Positions 54,801-64,000 are shown, numbered from the stretch's first letter. The stretch is 64,000 nucleotides of DNA from a virus (IMGVR_UViG_3300021399_000147:1-64000), one strand, 5' to 3'. Numbers and translations: made by a program. The notes: generated by a model not told the origin, from the sequence alone.

Positions 54801-56438
54801 AGTGGAGGATTCTTAACAACAGTCGGACAGCACATAAGCAGATTCTATGCATTACTGAGTAACCCTACTGGAGAGACTGCATTAGCTAACTTTGGAGTTA
54901 ATATTTCAAACGCAGTATCTAGTATAGAAGGTATAGCTAAACCAATAGCAGGTGTAGTTTCTATCATAGTAGGTTCTATCACAGCAATATCGAATTTCGG
55001 TAGTATGTTGGCTGATGGATTTAATCTTGGTAAAGAAGCGGCTATGTTACTTGGTGTAGCATTGACAGCACTTGGCGCAATTCTCTTAGGTGCACCTGTA
55101 CTTGTAACTGGAATAGTAGCCGCAATAGTAGCTGCCGTAGCAACACTTGTAACATTCTTAGGTACATATGGAAGTGCAATACAAGAGTGGTGGGATGGAT
55201 TAGTTGAAAATGCAGGCGAATGGTTCAATAACTTAGGTGAGAAGTTAGGAGAGTTAGCTGGAGAAGCCATACTCAAAATGATTGATGCCTTTAAAAACTT
55301 CCCGACAGAGTTCAAGGCATGGATTTCAGAAGTAGACTGGTTAGACTTAGGTAAGAATCTTATAGACGGTATATTGTTCATATTTACATTACCTTATAAG
55401 ATTGCAGAACTTATATGGTCAGCAATTTCAAATTTCTTCCTAGGGTTTGTAGAAGGATTATGTAAAGCATTCGGAATACACTCACCTGCAGAAGAGATGA
55501 AGCCTTATGGTAAATACATAATTCTCGGTATATTAGAAGGTATATTAGATGTAGTTAAGAACATAGCTGATTGGGTAGATACTAATATATGGCAGCCTTT
55601 TAAATCTGCTATGCTTGCTATACTTAATCCTGAGTCACTTGTCGAAACTGGTAAAAATGTAATGACAGGATTCTGGAATGGTATATCATCTAAATGGAGT
55701 GAGTTTACAGATTGGTGGCAAAATACTGCTCTTGCAAATTGGTGGAATAATAATATAGCCCCTTGGTTTACATCAGAAAAGTGGCAAGAAGTAACTAAGG
55801 GTATTAAAGAAGGTATCTCAGCTACTTGGAATAAGACTGTAGGATATTGGGTAGAATCATTAACATCTTGGTGGAATGATAATGTTACCCCTTGGTTTAC
55901 TACTGAGAAATGGAAGACTTTGCTTAACAATGTTTCAACCGCATTCACATCTACTTTTGATAGTATTGTAACCTCAGTAACAAGCAAGTTTGATAAGATT
56001 ATTTCATCAGCACAGAATATGGCTAGTAAGATAAGTGGCATAGTTAGTAGCATTAAGAATAAACTAAGTGAGATTGGCAGCACAGTAAGTAGTGCCGCAT
56101 CATCTGCTGGTTCATGGATAAGTAGTAAAGTAAGCTCTTTAAATATCAGTATACCTCATTTAGCTCAAGGTGCAGTAATTCCGCCTAACAAAGAGTTTAT
56201 GGCAGTACTCGGTGACCAGAAGAGAGGTACTAATATTGAAACTCCACTTGCTACAATGATTGAAGCATTTAATGCCGCAAGAGGTGATGAGGAAATACTT
56301 CTTAGAGAACAGAATGAGATACTTATGGCAATACTTGAAAAAGAATTTAGTATATCTACTAAAGATGTTTTCAAAGCGGTAAAGACTGAAAATAATAACT
56401 ATATCAGACGTACAGGTAAGAGTGCATTTGTATATTAA
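51873..56438 (+). CDS. Tape measure protein
   Basis: 1521 aa helical, LMAFDELNVI, Trp-spaced repeats, IPHLAQGAVIPPNKEF.A.LGD. Confidence 0.9.
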   Translation: MDDEVKIPVKFQVDTSDLSKLKSEVDKVIESANRASKRRGKNALSIVDKDTVQNNIANLTILEGEIAKVQQKISELSKTSIKTDFTKAIKDVEYFRKLADKGIKDEADALRELKNARKTNSSAKKNEEIRVPQKIADIQAKAKADNRELTAQEKQKIALLKTEATLRSKLAANRLSQAKSSYDSAKEAVESDKANLSAAEQRRAELSDILRSEQKSEEYNERINQRVQKLNGTLKQTAELYSKIAQNTDKIANGTPDGTSNSSRASSSASLTKLITQNYNEQIKALNREKAAIQQSTARFYYKLRAVKMLGYQIKALDSALNKFGKTALNASKTALSGFLKLTNPVALIAGNLKKATSAMKKFSQATKSAKKSHDGLGTSLKGAVMTLLKYTLGIRSLYVLFNKLRNAMVSGMENLAQAFDPVNQKMSSIVTSLLQMKNAVATAVEPMLSVLAPALEKIAALVADIAYKIASFIAALTGRSFVYRATRAQVDYAKSLESTASAAKDVNKQLMAFDELNVINTNKDSGNGMPDVGSMFEEVPIDGIMADWANKFKEFLDKLFSPIKKAWEKMKDFVIKSWKYALNEMKLLADAVMEDFWAVWGEYATQKVFENIFKIVGDIGLIVGNITHNLRIAWKENKNGYRILASIRDIILVITNHLVDLFDYMTDWSTELSFIAVFNALADVLEKQVVPAVDKLMDLLVVLFEDIVLESLRYIIEDLIPKLLRAFGNIVEAIGNLAENFKSAWEEAGKGQAIVEKLEEIISYIADAIYDCTEATKEFAAELNFNPLLESIRDNLDKLERPIKAITDGFKYFYEKVLLPFWKYIVEDGLPKLLNKLGEISNKIDWDALTEKVNRFLDAFEPFLEKVWETLVIILGDLGTAIANFVNSKEFDHIVDKLIEWMDNADPNEMAKGVESLVEAFIGFKAFTGFASAVTSVLTGIMTFGNVISQTAMTAKLNEISVAVNNLSGTTSALASGGFLTTVGQHISRFYALLSNPTGETALANFGVNISNAVSSIEGIAKPIAGVVSIIVGSITAISNFGSMLADGFNLGKEAAMLLGVALTALGAILLGAPVLVTGIVAAIVAAVATLVTFLGTYGSAIQEWWDGLVENAGEWFNNLGEKLGELAGEAILKMIDAFKNFPTEFKAWISEVDWLDLGKNLIDGILFIFTLPYKIAELIWSAISNFFLGFVEGLCKAFGIHSPAEEMKPYGKYIILGILEGILDVVKNIADWVDTNIWQPFKSAMLAILNPESLVETGKNVMTGFWNGISSKWSEFTDWWQNTALANWWNNNIAPWFTSEKWQEVTKGIKEGISATWNKTVGYWVESLTSWWNDNVTPWFTTEKWKTLLNNVSTAFTSTFDSIVTSVTSKFDKIISSAQNMASKISGIVSSIKNKLSEIGSTVSSAASSAGSWISSKVSSLNISIPHLAQGAVIPPNKEFMAVLGDQKRGTNIETPLATMIEAFNAARGDEEILLREQNEILMAILEKEFSISTKDVFKAVKTENNNYIRRTGKSAFVY

Positions 56439-56449
56439 GAGGTGAGACT

Positions 56450-56863
56450 ATGAGTGATTTTCAAGGATATTTAATAAAGATGGGTGGGGAATTATTTCCC
56501 CACCAGTATATAGCATATGATACATATAAAACATCACCTAACCGCAGACTTGATTTAGATTCTACAAGAACTGCTAATGGCAAACTTAAAAGATATGTAT
56601 TAGAGCATACGGCATCAACATTACAGTTTGAGCTTAGACCTTTAGAAGGATATGACCAAGAGATTGTATGTGACTTCATATTCAACCACTTATCTAATGT
56701 AACTGAGAAGAAAGCATTAGTTAAATATTGGAGTCCTGATGTGCATACATATAAAGAAGGTGAAATGTATATTCCTGATATTGAATGGTCAGTACAAAGA
56801 ATTGATACAAATTTAAACAAAATTTGGTACAAAGGTGTTACAATTAAATTTATAGAATACTAA
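56450..56863 (+). CDS. Distal tail protein
   Basis: Follows TMP; D..RTANG, Y.G.MY, FIEY end. Confidence 0.65.
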   Translation: MSDFQGYLIKMGGELFPHQYIAYDTYKTSPNRRLDLDSTRTANGKLKRYVLEHTASTLQFELRPLEGYDQEIVCDFIFNHLSNVTEKKALVKYWSPDVHTYKEGEMYIPDIEWSVQRIDTNLNKIWYKGVTIKFIEY

Positions 56864-56881
56864 GAAGAAAGGAGAGTGTAG

Positions 56882-59338
56882 ATGTTACCTTATACACGTG
56901 AGGAAATATTGGCGTTCGATAGTAGCACACAAAAGCAATTAGTTCTAACATTCTCCGATGGCACAGTTATTACTAATGAAGATATTGAATCAGAGAGTAT
57001 GTCTCTGGAGCAGAGTATTTGTGAAGATGAACAGCTTACATTTGGTCAGGTATCAGCATCTTGTTTTAAGGTGAGACTACTTGGAGTTGCTAAGAGTTAT
57101 AAGAATCTCACAGTAATACCTACTATCTCAGCTACTTATTATGATGACGAAACTGGTGAGACCACAACTTTTACAAGACAGTTAGGCAAATATAAAGTAT
57201 ACTCAGACACAGCTACATCTAACAGACTGAGTAGAGATTTGGAATGTTATGACCTGTTATATGAAGTATTAGATACCGATTATACTGACTGGCATAACTC
57301 ACAAGACTTTCCAATGACTGTAAAATCATACCGTGATGCGTTTTTTCAGCACGTAGGAATAGAGCAAGCAGATATTACATATCAGAGAAGTGATGGTTCT
57401 TATAGCTTGCCTAATGACGATATGGTTATAGAGAAGAACTTTATAGCTGATGGTTATAGTGGTTCAGACTTACTAAATAGCTTATGCGAAATAAATGGTT
57501 GTTTCGGTCATATAGACTTTGATGGTAAGTTTAAGTATGTAATAATTCAGCCTGAGTTTAGAGGACTTTATCCTTCAGATGACCTCTTTCCTAGTGATAC
57601 AATATATCCTATTGATGCTGACATAAGTATATTGGATGCTAGAGAATATGTTCAAGGCAGTCTAAAATACGAAGAATTTGAAACAAAGAATATAACTCAG
57701 TTACAGGTAAGAATGACTGAGAATGACATTGGGGCAGTAGTAGGTGGTGAAGGAAATACTTACATAATAGAAAATAATCCTCTATTATATGGAAAGACTT
57801 CTGAACAATTAACTGAAATAGCTAATAATATATTTGCTGTCATAAGACTTCCTCATTACACACCTGCATCAGTTAAACTTCCTTGTGCACCATGGTATGA
57901 ATTAGGTGATTGTTTCAAAATCTTGTCAGAATCGTCCTCAATCATCATATGTGTATTGCATAGAACTATTACAGGAATAACAGCATTATTTGACACATTT
58001 GAATGTGAGGGCGTTGAATATTATAGCGAAAGAGCTAATGGTGTAAATAGAAATATAGATATTCTAAAACAATACACCAATGAACTATCAAGAACAGTAG
58101 AGCAGACGCAATCTACTATAACTGAAATGACTGAGGCCATTAATGGTGAATTTTCAAATATTCGGTCTCAAATTACACAGACAGCAGACGCTATTACTTC
58201 CGAAGTACAGAGAGCTTCAAGTGCGGAAAGTGACCTTAGTACAAAAATCACACAGACTGTTGAAAGTATCAGTTTGGAAGTGCAGGATGATGGTAGTTCC
58301 AGCAGTATTCAGTTAAAACTAGGTGAAACTATATTATCTAGTGGCAAAATTACATTGAGTGGGTATGTAACATTTACAGACTTATCTGACCCTAACTCAA
58401 AAACAACAATAGACGGTAATCTTATCAAAACTGGTACTATTGATGCTAGTAAAGCAACCATTACTAATATCAATGCAGATAATATAACATCTGGTAGTAT
58501 TAGTGCAGATAAGATTAAAGGTGGTCAGCTCACTATTGATACTGCAAGTAATACTACTAAAGCAATCGTAATTAACAGGTCTAATACCAATTATATGACT
58601 ATATCACCAGACAAAGGTATAGTTATACACACAAATGTACATAACACAGGAGTGACTGTGGATAATGGTATAAGTGTAGGTGATAAAACTGTAATTGATA
58701 GTGGGGGTGTTAAAGTAGGAGGCTCATGGGGCACACAGATACAATTAACAAGTAAAGGATTTAAAGTAGGGTATGGCTCAAGCTCGTCAGACATAACAAA
58801 TCCAGCACTAGAAATAACTGCTGAAGCCTCCTCTTCTAAAATTATAGTAGGCAAAAGTTATTTATCACAGGTTATCATAACGAATACAAATATTACAATG
58901 AATTATGCAAGTACTAATGCTTTAAGTATTGCCTGCTCATCTGCAACTAATACTGCAATAAATGTATCTAGTGGTAAAACTTCATTACAAGAGTTATCCT
59001 GTACAAGTTTGTCATGTAAAAGCGGCGTGACTGTAGATAGTAAAGCATATACACCTAAAACAGTCTATAGCGTGTATTCAGGCTCAGACTATGGGGATCC
59101 TAAATTTAATGAGGTGAAGAAATATTCTCTAAATAATACTAATCTATGGGCAGTTAATGCATACTCAGCACCATCAATGTATAGAGAAAGTAATGGAAGA
59201 TATACTTTTAGTAGTAACCCATCTTGGACTAAAATATCATTATCAGAGAGTAGTTACTCTACAAAAATTTATGGAATATCGGGATATTCTTCATCTTACA
59301 CACCTAGTTTTAAAAAATACCAAGCATTAGCTCAATAG
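56882..59338 (+). CDS. Baseplate hub / tail tip protein
   Basis: FG.V.AS.F hub domain, coiled coil, I.TGTIDAS/ITSGSISAD repeats, beta-rich C-terminus. Confidence 0.7.
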   Translation: MLPYTREEILAFDSSTQKQLVLTFSDGTVITNEDIESESMSLEQSICEDEQLTFGQVSASCFKVRLLGVAKSYKNLTVIPTISATYYDDETGETTTFTRQLGKYKVYSDTATSNRLSRDLECYDLLYEVLDTDYTDWHNSQDFPMTVKSYRDAFFQHVGIEQADITYQRSDGSYSLPNDDMVIEKNFIADGYSGSDLLNSLCEINGCFGHIDFDGKFKYVIIQPEFRGLYPSDDLFPSDTIYPIDADISILDAREYVQGSLKYEEFETKNITQLQVRMTENDIGAVVGGEGNTYIIENNPLLYGKTSEQLTEIANNIFAVIRLPHYTPASVKLPCAPWYELGDCFKILSESSSIIICVLHRTITGITALFDTFECEGVEYYSERANGVNRNIDILKQYTNELSRTVEQTQSTITEMTEAINGEFSNIRSQITQTADAITSEVQRASSAESDLSTKITQTVESISLEVQDDGSSSSIQLKLGETILSSGKITLSGYVTFTDLSDPNSKTTIDGNLIKTGTIDASKATITNINADNITSGSISADKIKGGQLTIDTASNTTKAIVINRSNTNYMTISPDKGIVIHTNVHNTGVTVDNGISVGDKTVIDSGGVKVGGSWGTQIQLTSKGFKVGYGSSSSDITNPALEITAEASSSKIIVGKSYLSQVIITNTNITMNYASTNALSIACSSATNTAINVSSGKTSLQELSCTSLSCKSGVTVDSKAYTPKTVYSVYSGSDYGDPKFNEVKKYSLNNTNLWAVNAYSAPSMYRESNGRYTFSSNPSWTKISLSESSYSTKIYGISGYSSSYTPSFKKYQALAQ

Positions 59339-59349
59339 GAGGGATAAAA

Positions 59350-59574
59350 ATGAAAGATATAGAAATTAGACAATTCAGAGATGATTTATTGGAGCTTATC
59401 AACAACACAATGTTACCATTAGAAGTCAAAAGACTTGTTTTATTTGAGATTTCTAAGGCAGTTTCTGAGGCTAGTGATAATTATATCAATTCTCAGAAAC
59501 AGAGTATCATCAAACAGTTAGAGGAAGGAGAACAAAATGCAGAAAGCGTATCAGAGAAGAAATTGGGAGAATGA
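59350..59574 (+). CDS. Small helical tail-associated protein
   Basis: Synteny; LPLEVKRLVL. Confidence 0.5.
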   Translation: MKDIEIRQFRDDLLELINNTMLPLEVKRLVLFEISKAVSEASDNYINSQKQSIIKQLEEGEQNAESVSEKKLGE

Positions 59575-61564
59575 ACCTTCAACAGCTACACCTATAAATG
59601 AAGATAATCTCAATGCTATGGACTATGCCCTAGATGTTGTAGATACTAGGGTTGTGGAATTATCTGCATATAAAGAAACTATGGAAGAGAAAGTTGCTCA
59701 GGCATCTGCCTCTGCTTCTTCTGCCGCTACTTCTGAAACTAATGCCGCTACTTCTGAGAGTAATGCGGCAGAGAGTGAAAGTAATGCGGCTACTTCCGAA
59801 ACTAATGCTCAGAACTCAGCTTCTGCCGCCGCTACATCAGCTTCTAATGCCGCTACAAGTGCAAATACTGCCGCTACAAACGCTACCAATGCATCTAATA
59901 GCGCACGTACTGCTACTGCTAAAGCATCAGAGGCTTCTACAAGTGCTACAAGTGCGGCTACAAGTGCTACTAATGCCGCTAATAGTGCATCTAGTGCCAG
60001 CACAAGTGCTGATAGTGCTGCCAATAGTGCGTCCAATGCTTCTACAAGTGCTAGTAATGCGGCAACAAGTGCTAGTAATGCGTCTACAAGTGAGAGTAAT
60101 GCGGCTTCAAGTGCTAATAATGCATCTGGTTCAGCTACAAGTGCTAGTAATGCGGCTACAGATGCGGCGGCATCAAGAGATAGTGCATCAGCTTCCGCTA
60201 CAAGTGCGGCACAATCTAGTAGTGATGCTGAGGCATGGGCAATAGGAACAAGAAATGGTGTAGATGTGCCAGCTACTGACCCCACATACAATAATAACTC
60301 TAAGTATTATGCAGAGAGCATGAGTGATATGTGGAAGATACAAGGCAAATTAGGTGCTAAGAATTTACTTGCATATCCGTATTATCAAACTACTACAACT
60401 TCAAACGGAGTAACGTTTACTGATAACGAAGATGGTTCTATTACAATTGATGGAACAGCAACCTCAGCCGCATTATTCTATCTTGAAGATGATTTTACAT
60501 TAAAGGCGGGTTCATATATTTTAAGTTCAGCAGAATTGTTCCCGTCAAGTGTATATTCACAAGTATTGAATAAAAGTACAGGTTCATCCATTGCATCAAT
60601 CGGAAATAATAACATTCAAGCAACAACATTCACTGTTTCAGAAGATACAGTAGTAAGAGTGAGAATATCTTCATCACGTGGCAATACGGTTAACAATCTT
60701 ACAGTTCATCCAATGTTAAGATATGCCACAGATACAGATGATACATGGCAACCTTATGCACCAACAAACAAGACATTAGATAATAATGTAAATGGTATTT
60801 GGGCAATTCAAGGTAAGTTTGGTTCAAAAAATCTTTTAAAAAAGCCTTATAACACACCAACGCCTTATGTTACAGGCGGTATTACATTTAGCGATAATGA
60901 AGATGGTGGAGTTGTAATCAATGGAACATCAACAGGCTATATTATTTTGCAAATGATAAGAGAATTAGAAGTGTTGCCACATGGGAAATATATATTATCG
61001 GTGCAAGAAGATTTGCCTAGTGGTGTAGTATTGCAAATGGGATATGTTACAACAGATGAAACTATTGCTTTTATCCAAAAAGGTTATAATGCACTCACAA
61101 CTCATAGTATGGTAGTTACCATAGATGATGAATTTGACGGAAACCTTATTAACATCAGATTGTCAATAAACAGTGGCACAACAGTAGATAATTTAGTAAT
61201 TCATCCAATGTTGCGATATGCGGAAGATACAGACAGTACATGGCAACCTTATGCAATGTCGAACAAACAATTGACTGATGCTATAATGAGTAATGGGGAA
61301 GAAATAGCCAATGAAAGCACAGTATCACAAGAATTAAAGCCTAACTATTTCCATCTGTTCACTAATGCGGTAAAGTCGCTGACAATCACACTTCCATCTA
61401 ATCGCCGCCCTTGGAATGAATTTAACTTCGCCTTTACTACTTCATCAAGCGGTTGTAATCTTGCGTTACCTAGTGCAGTCACATGGGTGGGTGGTACACC
61501 TACACTTGATGCAAATACTTATTATGAGGTATCAATAAGAAATAATAGAGCAGTAATAGGATAA
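59537..61564 (+). CDS. Tail fibre / receptor-binding protein
   Basis: W.N.PS..TPIN..NLN start, Ala/Ser/Asn repeats, two tandem ~150-aa beta domains, C-terminal TPTLDANTYYEVSI domain. Confidence 0.75.
   Translation: MQKAYQRRNWENEPSTATPINEDNLNAMDYALDVVDTRVVELSAYKETMEEKVAQASASASSAATSETNAATSESNAAESESNAATSETNAQNSASAAATSASNAATSANTAATNATNASNSARTATAKASEASTSATSAATSATNAANSASSASTSADSAANSASNASTSASNAATSASNASTSESNAASSANNASGSATSASNAATDAAASRDSASASATSAAQSSSDAEAWAIGTRNGVDVPATDPTYNNNSKYYAESMSDMWKIQGKLGAKNLLAYPYYQTTTTSNGVTFTDNEDGSITIDGTATSAALFYLEDDFTLKAGSYILSSAELFPSSVYSQVLNKSTGSSIASIGNNNIQATTFTVSEDTVVRVRISSSRGNTVNNLTVHPMLRYATDTDDTWQPYAPTNKTLDNNVNGIWAIQGKFGSKNLLKKPYNTPTPYVTGGITFSDNEDGGVVINGTSTGYIILQMIRELEVLPHGKYILSVQEDLPSGVVLQMGYVTTDETIAFIQKGYNALTTHSMVVTIDDEFDGNLINIRLSINSGTTVDNLVIHPMLRYAEDTDSTWQPYAMSNKQLTDAIMSNGEEIANESTVSQELKPNYFHLFTNAVKSLTITLPSNRRPWNEFNFAFTTSSSGCNLALPSAVTWVGGTPTLDANTYYEVSIRNNRAVIG
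59700..60230 (+). repeat. Coding low-complexity tandem repeats (NAATSAS-like, about 21 bp units)
   Basis: Repeated AATGCGGC/AATGCCGC...ACAAGTGC units. Confidence 0.8.
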
Positions 61565-61619
61565 ATGGTAGCAAATTAAATGTTATATAGTATAATCAAA
61601 ATATAAGGAGGTATTTAAA

Positions 61620-61832
61620 ATGGTTAGAGTAACTTCAATGACACTTAATGATTCTGATAAGTCAGCTAAAGTATTCCTTGAAGCCGATACAAAATCTGAG
61701 ATGAGTAGTATTTCTACAGATGATATTGAGGGTTTTCCTTCAGGATATACCATTGATTTTTTCAGTAAGGTTTTGACCTCATCAGGTGAACTTGGCATAA
61801 TGAAGTCAGATGGTACATGGAATTGGGGATAA
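61620..61832 (+). CDS. Small hypothetical protein with own promoter
   Basis: TGTTATATAGTATAAT upstream; AAGGAGG RBS. Confidence 0.6.
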   Translation: MVRVTSMTLNDSDKSAKVFLEADTKSEMSSISTDDIEGFPSGYTIDFFSKVLTSSGELGIMKSDGTWNWG

Positions 61833-61849
61833 ATGAAAGGAGGTAATTC

Positions 61850-62815
61850 ATGGCTATGAAAGTAGAAGATGCCTTTACACAGGCATTAGCGGCATCAAGA
61901 GCATATACAAAAGAAACTGTATTAGGCGGTGGAGCTATTAAAGGCAAGAACTGTACAATATCCAACAAAGTCGCTATTGAAGGTGGTACAAGAGTCTATT
62001 TTAGCTGGACATTAGATGATGGTACAGAAAAAAGTGATTACATAGATGTGATGAATGGTGATACTTCTTCTATTTGGAAGATACAAGGCAAATTTGGTGC
62101 TAAGAATTTACTTGTATATCCGTATTATGAAACTTCTAAAACTAAGTATGGCGTAACCTTTACAATCAATGATGATAGCTCAATTACAGTTAATGGAACA
62201 GCAACGGGTAGTGCGGGGCAATTCTTTTTAGAGGACAACCTTACATTAAAAAAAGGTTCGTACATTCTGAGCACAACAGAATTATTACCGAAAAGCGTGT
62301 ATTCACAAGTATTAAATAAAGGTACAGGTGTAGCAATTGCTACTATTGGAAATAATAGCGTTCAGTCGAGTTTATTTACTCTTACCGAAGATACTGTGGT
62401 AAGAATTAGAATATCTGCATCAGTAGGCTCAACTACTGATAACCTAGTTATATACGAAATGTTAAGATATGCAGAAGATACAGATGATACATGGCAACCA
62501 TACGCAATGACAAACAAACAGTTAACAGATGCTTTAGTGAATGATGGTGAGGTTGTAAATAATGAAGCCACAGTATCACAAGAACTGAAATCCAACTTCA
62601 CTTATATATTTAGTAATGCAGTAGAGAATCTTACTATTAGTTTGCCTTCTAATCGTAGAGAATGGGAAGAATTTAATTTCATTTTCACCACCTCTTCTAC
62701 TGGTTGCAACTTAGCACTACCTAGTGAGGTAACATGGATTGGTGGAACTCCTACACTTGACGCTAACACATATTATGAAGTGTCGATAAAGAACAATAAG
62801 GCGGTGATAGGATGA
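61850..62815 (+). CDS. Second fibre / receptor-binding-like protein, paralog of the 59537 C-terminal half
   Basis: One copy of the GAKNLL.YPYY...WQPYA domain plus the same terminal domain. Confidence 0.7.
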   Translation: MAMKVEDAFTQALAASRAYTKETVLGGGAIKGKNCTISNKVAIEGGTRVYFSWTLDDGTEKSDYIDVMNGDTSSIWKIQGKFGAKNLLVYPYYETSKTKYGVTFTINDDSSITVNGTATGSAGQFFLEDNLTLKKGSYILSTTELLPKSVYSQVLNKGTGVAIATIGNNSVQSSLFTLTEDTVVRIRISASVGSTTDNLVIYEMLRYAEDTDDTWQPYAMTNKQLTDALVNDGEVVNNEATVSQELKSNFTYIFSNAVENLTISLPSNRREWEEFNFIFTTSSTGCNLALPSEVTWIGGTPTLDANTYYEVSIKNNKAVIG

Positions 62816-63180
62816 GTGAGTTTAGAAGAAGATTGTTAGTGAAAAACGCCAATAAAGACAGTATAAAGTTACCTACATATGATGAAAGCACTTATCCTTA
62901 TACCGCCTTGCTAAAAGGCACATTTTTAAGTTGGGTAACTGAACAAATAGGAATTTCAAGTGGGTATGCATTTTGTCTTAGCAATAAGCAAATTGGAACA
63001 TTCAAATACAATGCTTCATACGGGTATCTATGGGGTTCAAGCACAGGTGCTCATGGAATTGTATTTGCGTCAGCTGATGGTATTACATGGCAAAGCATAT
63101 ACGAGGGCGACAGTTATGTAAGAACAGGTTTAAGCACACTTGAGGAAACATTATTTGACAATATCACAAAGACAGCATAA
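62812..63180 (+). CDS. Hypothetical protein with MSEFRRRLL N-terminus
   Basis: ATGA overlap with the 61850 gene. Confidence 0.55.
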   Translation: MSEFRRRLLVKNANKDSIKLPTYDESTYPYTALLKGTFLSWVTEQIGISSGYAFCLSNKQIGTFKYNASYGYLWGSSTGAHGIVFASADGITWQSIYEGDSYVRTGLSTLEETLFDNITKTA

Positions 63181-63192
63181 GGGAGAAAACAC

Positions 63193-63465
63193 ATGATGTA
63201 TGGTAAATTAGTTGATGGGGAATTTATTTTAGCACCAAAATCATTCGTTGAAGAAATTACTCACACCAGAGTAGAAACATATGTTGATGAGGAAACTGGT
63301 GAAGAGAAAACAATTACATATGACGAAACAGAAGAAGTCACAGTAATAGGTTTTACAGAAGAGTATATGAGAAAGAAAGGTTATAAACCTGTCATTCTAG
63401 CAGAAAATCCTAGTGGTAAATATACAGAAGATATTGAGTATATTTATCAAGAAGAATTACAATGA
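63193..63465 (+). CDS. Small acidic tail-associated protein
   Basis: MYGKLVDG...AP, GYKPV. Confidence 0.5.
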   Translation: MMYGKLVDGEFILAPKSFVEEITHTRVETYVDEETGEEKTITYDETEEVTVIGFTEEYMRKKGYKPVILAENPSGKYTEDIEYIYQEELQ

Positions 63466-63545
63466 ATACCTAACAATTTCTAACAAAGGGGCTAATAATT
63501 ATAGAGGAACTTTGTTATAATTGAGCTAGATTGAGAGGTTGACCT

Positions 63546-63881
63546 ATGATACAAACAATATTACCTATATTACAGACTTTATTAGCTTTTGCGAATATAT
63601 GCATAATAGGATATGGCTTATTTAACTTTCTTAAAAAGCCACATACTGAACTTGAAGATAAAGTAAAAGAACATGATATTAAAATAAAAGAGATTGAAAA
63701 GGCTTTACTTCGAGATAACGACAGATTTCATAAACACGACGATACAGATGAGGTAATATTGTCATGTATGCTCGCCCTTATTGATTTTGAATTAGCATAT
63801 TGTATTCATACGTCATATGAAGATACAGAAGATTTAATAAAAGCGAGGACAGAGCTTAGAACACATTTAGCAAGGAAATGA
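63546..63881 (+). CDS. Putative holin/membrane protein
   Basis: N-terminal TM then coiled coil; lysis-module position. Confidence 0.5.
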   Translation: MIQTILPILQTLLAFANICIIGYGLFNFLKKPHTELEDKVKEHDIKIKEIEKALLRDNDRFHKHDDTDEVILSCMLALIDFELAYCIHTSYEDTEDLIKARTELRTHLARK

Positions 63882-63882
63882 T

Positions 63883-64000
63883 ATGAAAGCACTAGATAGA
63901 TATGTAAGATTCTCATTTATTTGTCTGATAACATTTACTATTGTAGAAATTGTTGTACAGGCTATAACAAGCGTACCTCAGGACACACTTATCACTTGTT
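63883..64000 (+). CDS. Partial membrane protein (holin-like), truncated by window edge
   Basis: MKALDRYVRFSFICLITFTIVEIVV... Confidence 0.45.
   Translation, partial: MKALDRYVRFSFICLITFTIVEIVVQAITSVPQDTLITC

Noticed and set aside
1634-58854. Numerous minus-strand ORFs in the six-frame track (e.g. 1634-2050, 6753-7355, 53348-56083)
   Set aside because: Shadows of well-supported + strand genes; Ser/Leu/Ile/Phe-rich translations with no motifs or RBS
59652-60291. Long alternative-frame ORF (59652-60245 +) and antisense ORF (59809-60291 -)
   Set aside because: By-products of the Ala/Ser-rich repeat in the tail fibre; no RBS and low-complexity translations
59537-63180. Diversity-generating retroelement acting on the duplicated fibre domains
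   Set aside because: No reverse transcriptase or Avd in the window; differences between copies are not adenine-specific and both copies are coding
1-64000. Stop-codon reassignment, tRNA genes, integrase/lysogeny module
   Set aside because: Core genes are intact under the standard code; no cloverleaf/T-loop signature or recombinase motif recognised in this window (they could lie outside it)

Overview
About 64 kb of a tailed dsDNA bacteriophage genome (siphovirus-type morphogenesis genes; AT-rich; every credible gene on the + strand; sigmaA-type promoters and AGGAG ribosome-binding sites, consistent with a Firmicutes/Clostridia host by inference). Order: (1) 0-25.7 kb replication/recombination: DnaC-like loader, DnaB-like helicase, primase, SSB, family-A DNA polymerase, a cassette of three paralogous GT-A glycosyltransferases plus a helical partner, beta-clamp, Cas4-like nuclease, RecU, RecA, SleB-like hydrolase and a DnaX/HolB/HolA-like clamp loader. 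(2) 15.7-41 kb: dozens of small ORFs; from 26.5 kb onward many are fronted by copies of one conserved promoter-leader-RBS element (14 copies). (3) 38.6-41.5 kb: mostly non-coding, with repeats and a perfect parS palindrome. (4) 41.5-64 kb: terminase, portal, scaffold, capsid, head-tail, tail, tape measure, tail fibres and the start of a probable lysis module. No integrase, tRNA, CRISPR array or reverse transcriptase was seen. Best leads: the triple-glycosyltransferase cassette with no visible base-priming enzyme, an orphan host-type parS, promoter cassettes whose spacer co-varies with the -10 box to keep a hairpin, a PolA paired with a full bacterial-type clamp and loader, and strong GATC/GCWGC avoidance. 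All product calls come from motif recognition by eye; no database searches were run.
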